From Candidatus Poribacteria bacterium (GTDB lineage Bacteria > Poribacteria > WGA-4E > WGA-3G): a stretch of DNA of 64,000 nucleotides. A program made the position numbers and the translations under genes. Each line of letters starts with the position of its first letter. Position 1 is the first letter of the stretch. Positions 56,735 through 64,000 of the stretch are shown here, piece by piece. Below the pieces are notes generated by a model. That model ran no database searches and had not been told where the DNA came from. It saw nothing but the letters and a program-made list of their open reading frames with translations. The DNA lies in NCBI GenBank assembly GCA_964291315.2, contig OZ219750.1, positions 96,001 to 160,000 on the forward strand, written 5' to 3'.

Positions 56735-56764
56735 ATTATACTATACACTATGATTCTTTGTCAA
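56735..56764 (-). promoter_or_regulatory. Promoter of the heme uptake operon
   Basis: TTGACA-N18-TATAAT on the minus strand. Confidence 0.7.
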
Positions 56765-56871
56765 ATTTTTTTACGGATGACCGAACTTAATTAATTTTAT
56801 CCGCCTTTTGGTCATAAATTCTCACAATATAAGGCATATTGTACAGAATTTCAGTTTTGAAGTCAAGAAAA

Positions 56872-58308
56872 TCAGTCAACAGATGGATGTGGCACATCTG
56901 AACAGTCTTGATCGTTTGTAATCTGTTCTATTACTTCTTTTCCAGCTTTAAGCAGATCGTGTAAGTGTAAATAGCGGAACAGCGAGCTTCTACCTGTCAA
57001 GTACAAGTTCTCAAATGTCTGGAAATAAGTAACAAGGCTCGCTATTTTTTCTTCGAACCCTACTTCAAGCACAGGGTAGGCGAATGGCAATTTGTAGCTC
57101 TGATAGTGGATAATTTCTTCTGGAAATAGTGGTTTGACCTGTTTTAATGCTTCCCATACCTCAGTTTGCAATGCGGTTTCTGACATACGCCATACGGCAT
57201 CATCACCATAACAGGGCAATTCTAACACAATCACTGTTTGTCCTTTGGGCGCCATGTGTGGGCTTCGGTTCTTGGGCTCATACAAACGTGTAAATGGAAA
57301 TTCTTCACTTGGGAAATAAAGCGAGGCGTTTGGGGAAAAGGTGTCACGGTTCAAGCAGAAAACGGAAAGTACGAGATGTCGGTATTTGATTGTATCGGTA
57401 ACCTCCAAGAGCTCTGGGGGCGGTGCAGGCTCCAACATTTGCATTGAAAGTGTCAACGGTAGCGTGTTAATCACTATGGAGGCAGGTATTTCAATATCGT
57501 TTTGCGCTGTGGTAGAGTTAGGATTGCCTCTCCCTTTGTTCACGAGGATACGTTCAATTTTACGATTCTTGTGGATTAATCGTTTAACGCGATGTTCCAA
57601 ATTAATATGTTTTTCTCCGATGGATTCGCAAAGTTTATCGCTAATCATGCCGATGCCATGTTTCGGGTAAAGGAACGATCCGTCTAAGTGGGACGGTTTT
57701 TTGAGTGTACCCCACACAACAGAATGAAGAAAGCTCCGTAGGTCTAGTCCTTTGAGGCGATTTCCTGAAACGGTAGGGGAGAGTTTAGATGCGGGTTGCC
57801 CCCACAATTTTTCGGAGTAGTTTAGGAGAAAGCGTTCTGCTAACGTTTTTCCGTACTCGCTGATTGCGAATTCAGCGAAATTTCTTGCCCGTTTTTCTTT
57901 TCTATTATGCAGTTTCTCCCAGACAATTTTTAGTAGCGTTTTCGCTTCCAGCTTTTCGACGAGATCGCTCAGCAGAAGGGGGAATCGATAAAATTGCCCT
58001 TGAAAAAAAATCTCACTCGGTGCCGTTACGGCCAACAGATCGTCATGCAGGAGTTTTTTCACCTCTCTGGTAACTGTAGGATCCTTGTCGTGGAATCGGT
58101 GTGCACCGGTGTCGAATCGAAAATCACCGCTCTGCCAAGTGTGAGCTTTACAGTTTGCACCTTTGATGTTTAGGGTCCGACAGTTTCCTCCGACGTGTTC
58201 ACTCGCTTCAAAGACAGTGAAATTGGAGATACCATATTTTTGGGCGTAGTATCCGGTTGCCAATCCAGCAGGCCCACCGCCGAGGATATGGATGTCAGGT
58301 GTTTCCAT
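56872..58308 (-). CDS. FAD-dependent oxidoreductase (protoporphyrinogen oxidase/UDP-galactopyranose mutase-like family)
   Basis: ILGGGPAGL, VGGNC, FDTGAHRF, YSEKLWG, FLYPKHG.G, AYPV, GR...F.Y. Confidence 0.8.
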   Translation of the reverse strand: METPDIHILGGGPAGLATGYYAQKYGISNFTVFEASEHVGGNCRTLNIKGANCKAHTWQSGDFRFDTGAHRFHDKDPTVTREVKKLLHDDLLAVTAPSEIFFQGQFYRFPLLLSDLVEKLEAKTLLKIVWEKLHNRKEKRARNFAEFAISEYGKTLAERFLLNYSEKLWGQPASKLSPTVSGNRLKGLDLRSFLHSVVWGTLKKPSHLDGSFLYPKHGIGMISDKLCESIGEKHINLEHRVKRLIHKNRKIERILVNKGRGNPNSTTAQNDIEIPASIVINTLPLTLSMQMLEPAPPPELLEVTDTIKYRHLVLSVFCLNRDTFSPNASLYFPSEEFPFTRLYEPKNRSPHMAPKGQTVIVLELPCYGDDAVWRMSETALQTEVWEALKQVKPLFPEEIIHYQSYKLPFAYPVLEVGFEEKIASLVTYFQTFENLYLTGRSSLFRYLHLHDLLKAGKEVIEQITNDQDCSDVPHPSVD

Positions 58309-58345
58309 TATATTCTGTGCCTCAATGATCTGTTTCTACAGAATC

Positions 58346-59812
58346 TTAGTACTCCAATAGAGGTAATTCTGACCACATTCGATTGACATACGGGTTGTGA
58401 TAGAACACTTTTTTGACTTTCGGCACTCGATCCGGCAGAGGGCTTCCGATGACAACGAATCCGGTCTCCAATTTATCAAGTTGAGCGAGGTCTGCTTCAC
58501 CTTTGATAGGGATATAGATTGCGTCTACTGCTTGGGACACCAGGTAGTACTGAATCAAGGGCACAGATACGATATGCAATTTCTCACTTTGTTCGGTCTG
58601 TTTGGCATATAGGTACTCGTGTATCTGGGCAATTGCAGTCGGTTTTGTATGCTGGACGACAGTATATAATGTAACGTAACTGTAACAGAGAAAAAAGAGG
58701 GTAACGGTCGTCCAAGTGAGCGCGTATTGAAATCCTCTCTGTTTGTGATTACGCAGAATTTCTATGACTCGGTTGCTCGTGAAGGCGATACCTAATGCCA
58801 GAAAAGGTAGCAACGGTAAAACGTGCCGGCTCTTATGAATAACGTTCTGTGCTAAGAATATCCATATCAGATAGATAGTACACCCGACAAAAAAAGGATT
58901 CAACAGTAAGGTTTTGTCTCTGAAGCGTCTTTCCGTAGCCCATTTCTTTAAGATTCTCCAATTGCCAATTATAGTGATTTTGATTAAGGCAACGGCTGTG
59001 CAAGCCGTTACAAAGTGCCGGCCTTGCCAATAGAGGCCAAATCCATCCGCCCAGATGCTCTCAAAGATTTTTGTCAGTCGAAACCATAATTGAGGGTGAG
59101 TGGAAAGGGTCCCCCCGAAGTCTGAAAAATGTCCGTGGCTTTGGGTTTGTGCGGCAGCTATTAGTGTGCTCCATCCGGTGATTGAGAGCAGCGGAATGAG
59201 CCAGACCAAAATACCGACAATTCCGGCTATGATGTATTTCAACTTTCCAGGGGCCTTTAACCCGACGAACAGAGCTGGCATCAACAGTGGAAAATAAGAG
59301 AGTCGAATCCCTAGCAAAATCCCAGCGAGAAAAAAGCCGATGGCATTATAGAGGCTTGAGGATGTGCTCCTCCCACTAGCATCTTGTGTTGTTGTAAAGT
59401 AGAGACTTGCTAGCAAACATGCAACTCCCATTGCATCGGGCATGTAACGGTTGCTCATCAGCCAGAGTAGCGGGTTCATGAAGATGACAAAGATGGCAAT
59501 TTTTCCGAACAGTGTAGTGCTGTTGATCTTCGCAATTTTTAGTGTAAAAAAGATTGTGAAAAAAGTAGATAAGCCACCAATTAGTGAGAATGCTAATGCA
59601 TAGCGGTGGATAAGGCCATAAATAAGTTTAGCGATCCAACAGAAAACGGGGTACGCTGGAAAATGTGGCTGGAGCTTGGCGACATCGTAGTCTACTATGC
59701 TCAACGCAAAGCGGAGGCTGTCCAAGTCTTCAATATAGTAGATAGTGCCGAGCAGCCGAGAGGCTATGCAGCTGATAAGGACGATACTCCAGACTCTGAA
59801 TTCTGCTGTCAT
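58346..59812 (-). CDS. Polytopic membrane protein, possible GT-C-type glycosyltransferase
   Basis: About 10 hydrophobic segments; DS..F...QPHFPAYP first loop; SRHVLPLLP. Confidence 0.6.
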   Translation of the reverse strand: MTAEFRVWSIVLISCIASRLLGTIYYIEDLDSLRFALSIVDYDVAKLQPHFPAYPVFCWIAKLIYGLIHRYALAFSLIGGLSTFFTIFFTLKIAKINSTTLFGKIAIFVIFMNPLLWLMSNRYMPDAMGVACLLASLYFTTTQDASGRSTSSSLYNAIGFFLAGILLGIRLSYFPLLMPALFVGLKAPGKLKYIIAGIVGILVWLIPLLSITGWSTLIAAAQTQSHGHFSDFGGTLSTHPQLWFRLTKIFESIWADGFGLYWQGRHFVTACTAVALIKITIIGNWRILKKWATERRFRDKTLLLNPFFVGCTIYLIWIFLAQNVIHKSRHVLPLLPFLALGIAFTSNRVIEILRNHKQRGFQYALTWTTVTLFFLCYSYVTLYTVVQHTKPTAIAQIHEYLYAKQTEQSEKLHIVSVPLIQYYLVSQAVDAIYIPIKGEADLAQLDKLETGFVVIGSPLPDRVPKVKKVFYHNPYVNRMWSELPLLEY

Positions 59813-59939
59813 TCATTTATTGATTTAAAGTTAGGTTGGCGCGCTCTGCAAGCGCGCCTTTTTTCTTTGTAGCAGATGTCTCAAGTGTGCTACCGGTGGG
59901 AAGACATATTTGCAGTTCAAACGCCATCTGCAGAGAGGC

Positions 59940-61265
59940 TTACCAATTTTCCATGTTCGTGTCAGAAAATCCATATGCGGCCTGTAAGACATCCTTCGCT
60001 CGTTTGTAATTGGCTACTTGTGTATTGTAATGATTACTATCTGGTTTATGATACATAGGTGCTTCACCCATGATACCATGTAATTCCGCCAGTTGCCCAT
60101 CCGTAATCAAGCGAAAAGGATTATATTGTAGTGCGACGGTGTAACCCTTCATCTCTGCCCAATGTTTATTTAAATTAGGAATGTTTTCCTCTGCTGTATC
60201 CAACTTAGACATATCATTGAGCGTATCATTGATGTAGTGTACCACAGTTGCTGCGATAACTTTCTCCATGCCGTTTGCTGCGGTTTGGCGATATGTACTG
60301 ATTTCCGCGACTGTGCCTTGGTTTGTGATTGCTGTGCGCCCAGCAAGGAAGGCTCTGAAAATCTCTTGTGTGAAATCAACGCCTGATCCGCCTTTATCCC
60401 GTTTACCCGCGTTTCTGGCGAGTCCAAAGTTGTATTCTGACTTAAAGTCGATATTGCCATCACCGTTTGAATCGAATGTGAAGTCATCAACCGTTCCTGC
60501 AAGTTGTGCGTCTGTGTATCGGAAATAGTCGCGTGCTGCGCCAAAGTAGCCAAACGCTTCGTCCCAGGCGTGTTCCATCGCAGTATAGGGCTCGGTTCCA
60601 TCTTTTGCTTCACTATTGTCTCGTTCGAGCAAGCTGTTAAGATAAACCGCTGTCGCTTGGTAATATGGGACTGCCCCGATAAGCACTTTGTTAATCATCT
60701 GTGACATATCGACACCGTCATCGGTTGTATAAGCCATGGAAGTGCCGAGTTTGCTTGAATCTTGTGAGTTTTTTGCGATGGCCTCGAACCATTCTCGGAC
60801 CAAATCATTCGCGGGGCGGTTGTAACCAATGACCGGTTCGTCTGAAATTTTACCGACAAGATTCTTCCCTGTCGAAAGTGAAGAGTATTGGCTTTCGAGT
60901 GTGGAAACGGATCCTGTGTTTGTTCGTGTTTTCAGTTTGAGTGCATCATCGTATTCATAGAGTTTAAGCATGTCTTGTACGGTAATAGGCTGCCCCCCAT
61001 CTTTTCCTACGCTATCTGTGAGGGATTTCAGATCTTGCAACAGAAGATTCCGCACAACTTGCCCTGAATAAGAGACGCTGCTGTCGCCATCTATAAAGCG
61101 GCTGTCAAAGACATACGCTTGTGGAACAGAAATTGTACCACTTCCGTCGTCTTCTAATACTTCAGTGTTGTCGTCTTCGTCGTCGCTGCCACAAGCGGAC
61201 AAAAATAGGCTCACAATAGCTAGCAACACAGCTAGCCATTGTATTTTTCCCGTCCAGTAATTCAT
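59940..61265 (-). CDS. DUF4856-like iron-associated lipoprotein
   Basis: Lipobox LSAC; SSVSYSGQ..R, YTAMEHAWDEAFGYFGA, KHWAE.KG; start moved to ATG 61265. Confidence 0.78.
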   Translation of the reverse strand: MNYWTGKIQWLAVLLAIVSLFLSACGSDDEDDNTEVLEDDGSGTISVPQAYVFDSRFIDGDSSVSYSGQVVRNLLLQDLKSLTDSVGKDGGQPITVQDMLKLYEYDDALKLKTRTNTGSVSTLESQYSSLSTGKNLVGKISDEPVIGYNRPANDLVREWFEAIAKNSQDSSKLGTSMAYTTDDGVDMSQMINKVLIGAVPYYQATAVYLNSLLERDNSEAKDGTEPYTAMEHAWDEAFGYFGAARDYFRYTDAQLAGTVDDFTFDSNGDGNIDFKSEYNFGLARNAGKRDKGGSGVDFTQEIFRAFLAGRTAITNQGTVAEISTYRQTAANGMEKVIAATVVHYINDTLNDMSKLDTAEENIPNLNKHWAEMKGYTVALQYNPFRLITDGQLAELHGIMGEAPMYHKPDSNHYNTQVANYKRAKDVLQAAYGFSDTNMENW

Positions 61266-61286
61266 GTTTGCTCCTTTATTGTTATA

Positions 61287-61305
61287 GATAATGAGACACA
61301 TTATC
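61287..61305. promoter_or_regulatory. Fur-box-like site
   Basis: GATAATGAGACACATTATC, 16/19 match. Confidence 0.75.
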
Positions 61306-61413
61306 TGTAAAAGTTATTAGTTGCTAAAAGCACACTGTAGTGAAGGCGGAACATCTGTGAAAAGAATAGCAGATATTTCCTATTGATTTATCTTTCTTCA
61401 GTGTGCAGTTAAG

Positions 61414-63930
61414 TTAGAAACCTTGTTTAATACCCATAAATATCTGTCGCCTGGGTCCAATGAGGATGCCTGAGCTCAGATTCGCTTCGGGTTGCCCTGC
61501 GTTTGAATGTAGCCGTGACCCGATGTATACGTGATCCAAAATGTTTTTGGCGGTGAAAAACAGTTGCCATTGTTTGGCGAGTTTATAATTTATGCTTGCA
61601 TTGACGATTGTGTAACTCGGGATGGGCCCTGTATCTCCACGGTTGAAAGTCTGCTGCAGATTTTCAAAATCGGTAAAGACTTCATCAACAAAGCGCATAT
61701 CTGCTCGCATTTCGACAACATGCCCAAAGTCTTTTGTTAATCCGACTGTGAACGTGTGCCGCGGCGCGTAGGGCAATTCGTTACCCTCTAGTTCCACGTC
61801 AACGTTCCCGGCAATAGTAGCGGATTTCACAGTCCCGTCGACAATGTTTGTCTGGAGATATGTATATGAGAGGTTAAAGTCAGGGAGTATTGACACGAGT
61901 TCTGATATGCCTAATGTCATCGCAGTCTCTAGTCCCGAAAGATCCACTTTCCCTAAGTTTTTGAAAGCTGTACCGCGTCCGGCTGCGACTAAATCTTCGA
62001 CCTTGGTTAAGAATCCTGCGGTCTCTATACTGATTCCGGGGAACCATGAACGGAGTCCGAGTTCTATGTTCCAACTTTTTTCAGGTTTGAGGTCAAGTCC
62101 TCCGGTATTAACGTTCTGTCCGAAGTTAGTGATTTTCAAAGCTCCACTAGAGGGGGCTGTGTATCCGCGATGAACACCTCCGAATAGGTTGAATCGCCCG
62201 ACTTCGTAGTTTGCACCGATACCTGGCAAGATCACTGATGATACCTTGTCTGCAAGCACCGAACCACGTAATCTGTCCACTCGGTCTTGTTTAAATACCT
62301 CGAATCGTAGCCCTGGCGTAAGGGTCAGTCTTCTAAAATTTATCTGTTCTTTGGCATAGAGTGCCAATGCGATCGTTTCGTAGTGATGGCTTTGTCCAAC
62401 GAGTTGCACTGGATTTTCTGTGGAACCGGGGGTACCTGTGTAGTAAACGCCGTTTCGGGCGTCTGGTGCTTGTCCTGTTTTCTTGTCATCTATGAAGCGT
62501 TCCCAATGTATTCTCCCACCCATTTCGGCGCGCCCTAAATTTCCTGCGATTCTGTGGTCGAAGGTATAGCTCTGCTCAATTCCACCTACATAGAAGGTCC
62601 GGAGAATGCCGAAGTTGCTTTTTCCATTGCCCACTCTTGCAAGGTCCCCTGTTTGGAAATAAGGAACCGGCTCTAAATTTCCGGTTTTGAGTGCGGTAGG
62701 GCGTACGAAGATATCGTCTTCACGCCACCAGCGTCGGTCGAATACGCTTGTGTACATCGTCGTATTGCTTACAAGGTTTGCTGAGACTTTGTTGGTATAG
62801 ATCAGATCAAGTGATGTCCGGAGTACCTTAAAGTTGTCATGTTCTTTCGGATTGAAATTCGGATCGGTTTTGAAAGAGTACTCTGTTAGACCCGTATATG
62901 TTGCGTTCGAGTTTTCAAAATTACCGTTTAGCTTGAGATAAAGGCTCTTTTCCTCGCTCAGTTGAAAAAGCGTTTTGACGGTCCCATTCCATTGATTAAA
63001 TGTATTATTTTCTCTGAAGCCGTCTCCGTGTTTATAAAGGAGTTGGATGTCGGTTACGATCTTTTCTGGGTTTCCGATACCTTTCCACTCTGAAAAGGCA
63101 CTGTAGTAACCGTTGTTCCCTACTGTTAGTTGATTGTTTAGCCCTTTTGTCCCGCCCGGTTTTCGTGTTGTGTAGTTGACAACCCCACCCATCGTTTGTG
63201 GGCCGTATCGCAGTGCAGCACTACCTTTAATAACTTCAACAGCAGCAATGCGGTCTGCGGGTGGATTGTAGTACGCATTTGGATAGATATAGAGTGCGGG
63301 TTGTATGGGAACACCGTCTTCGAGTAGGAGAACACGGGCACTGCGGCGGGGATTCAATCCTCGGATGCCGATGCTCAAACGTGAGTTGCCGAAGCCGTCG
63401 TCTGCGTAACCGTTGATACCCGGAATTAATTCAAGTAACTCTTGTGTGCCGACAGGTTTTATAAGATCAACAGTTTCCTGTTTCAACATGCTCATTGTTC
63501 CAGTGAGTTTTCTGTACTTACGAGACGATTCACCGATGATTTCTATCGGGGCAAGCTCGAAAGTTGGAGCAGACAGCAAAACCTCCAAAATGTGTGTTGA
63601 ATCAGGGCGAAGCTCAAGCGTCTCTCTATATCGAGCATACCCGTTTGAAATTACTTGGAGCCGCGTTTCGCCTTCGGCAGCCTGAGTAAGTCGAAAACTG
63701 CCAGCTTTGTCTGTTGTTGTCTCCGCTAAAACTTGCCCGCTTGATTCAATCTGAACAGATGCTCCCCAAATTGGTTGTCCAGTCTCTCTATCAATCACTT
63801 TGCCGTTAATTTCAGTTGAACTTTGACAGAAATGTGGGGCACTTAATAGAAGCACTGATATAGTTATAGCAGTGAGTGTTCTAAATCTGATTTTTAGGAA
63901 TCTGCGAACTCTCTCGAAAAATTGATGCAT
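61414..63930 (-). CDS. TonB-dependent receptor, FecA-like, with N-terminal carboxypeptidase-regulatory-like domain
   Basis: INGKVID..TG.PI.GA.V; IGIRGLNPRRSARVLLLEDGVP; EVIKG..LRYGPQT.GGVVN; GNELPYAP; C-terminal F. Confidence 0.9.
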   Translation of the reverse strand: MHQFFERVRRFLKIRFRTLTAITISVLLLSAPHFCQSSTEINGKVIDRETGQPIWGASVQIESSGQVLAETTTDKAGSFRLTQAAEGETRLQVISNGYARYRETLELRPDSTHILEVLLSAPTFELAPIEIIGESSRKYRKLTGTMSMLKQETVDLIKPVGTQELLELIPGINGYADDGFGNSRLSIGIRGLNPRRSARVLLLEDGVPIQPALYIYPNAYYNPPADRIAAVEVIKGSAALRYGPQTMGGVVNYTTRKPGGTKGLNNQLTVGNNGYYSAFSEWKGIGNPEKIVTDIQLLYKHGDGFRENNTFNQWNGTVKTLFQLSEEKSLYLKLNGNFENSNATYTGLTEYSFKTDPNFNPKEHDNFKVLRTSLDLIYTNKVSANLVSNTTMYTSVFDRRWWREDDIFVRPTALKTGNLEPVPYFQTGDLARVGNGKSNFGILRTFYVGGIEQSYTFDHRIAGNLGRAEMGGRIHWERFIDDKKTGQAPDARNGVYYTGTPGSTENPVQLVGQSHHYETIALALYAKEQINFRRLTLTPGLRFEVFKQDRVDRLRGSVLADKVSSVILPGIGANYEVGRFNLFGGVHRGYTAPSSGALKITNFGQNVNTGGLDLKPEKSWNIELGLRSWFPGISIETAGFLTKVEDLVAAGRGTAFKNLGKVDLSGLETAMTLGISELVSILPDFNLSYTYLQTNIVDGTVKSATIAGNVDVELEGNELPYAPRHTFTVGLTKDFGHVVEMRADMRFVDEVFTDFENLQQTFNRGDTGPIPSYTIVNASINYKLAKQWQLFFTAKNILDHVYIGSRLHSNAGQPEANLSSGILIGPRRQIFMGIKQGF

Positions 63931-64000
63931 AGATTCTATATTCCTGCGTTTTCAAAAGCATTTTGGATTAGCGGTACGAACGAAATTGTTATTATTCTTA

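Noticed and set aside
749-63685. Numerous short ORFs overlapping or antisense to the called genes in the six-frame track
   Set aside because: Shadow frames without SD or recognisable motifs, fully inside confidently assigned genes.
63980-64000. Fur box upstream of the FecA-like receptor
   Set aside because: The AT-rich motif is cut by the window edge and cannot be scored.

Overview
64-kb bacterial chromosomal window from a diderm organism. The gene content (PhyH and Gfo/Idh/MocA enzymes, LamG, cohesin/dockerin and YWTD proteins ending in an 'NYPNPFNPETWIPYQL' C-terminal domain, Uma2 and Rpn nucleases) points by inference to Candidatus Poribacteria or a relative; no rRNA or marker search was done. 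Housekeeping genes are argD, nnr, nadA and thiO-thiS-thiG. The other main blocks are: (i) a DUF1156 adenine methyltransferase paired with a small GIY-YIG nuclease; (ii) an ABC ATPase/unusual adaptor/TolC trio; (iii) a secretome region (17.5-39.7 kb) with a 2068-aa Ig-repeat protein beside a PorV-like barrel, T9SS-like CTD proteins sharing a conserved CTD+terminator cassette, and proteins sharing a short C-terminal 'V-x-P-x-G-K-L-x-T-T-W-x-x-[IL]-K' tail; (iv) a tandem Rpn duplication whose breakpoints lie inside a 14-bp inverted repeat, with internal antitoxin-like start sites, next to Uma2; and (v) a ~15-kb iron/heme region (TonB receptors, two HmuY, HmuTUV, IsdG-like oxygenase, ferritin-like protein) with Fur-like boxes, an unannotated small ORF and a candidate ~170-nt antisense-oriented structured RNA. 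A GTAG-type REP-like repeat occurs in many intergenic spaces. No rRNA, tRNA, CRISPR array, integrase or transposase was recognised. All calls are by eye from motifs; no database searches were run.
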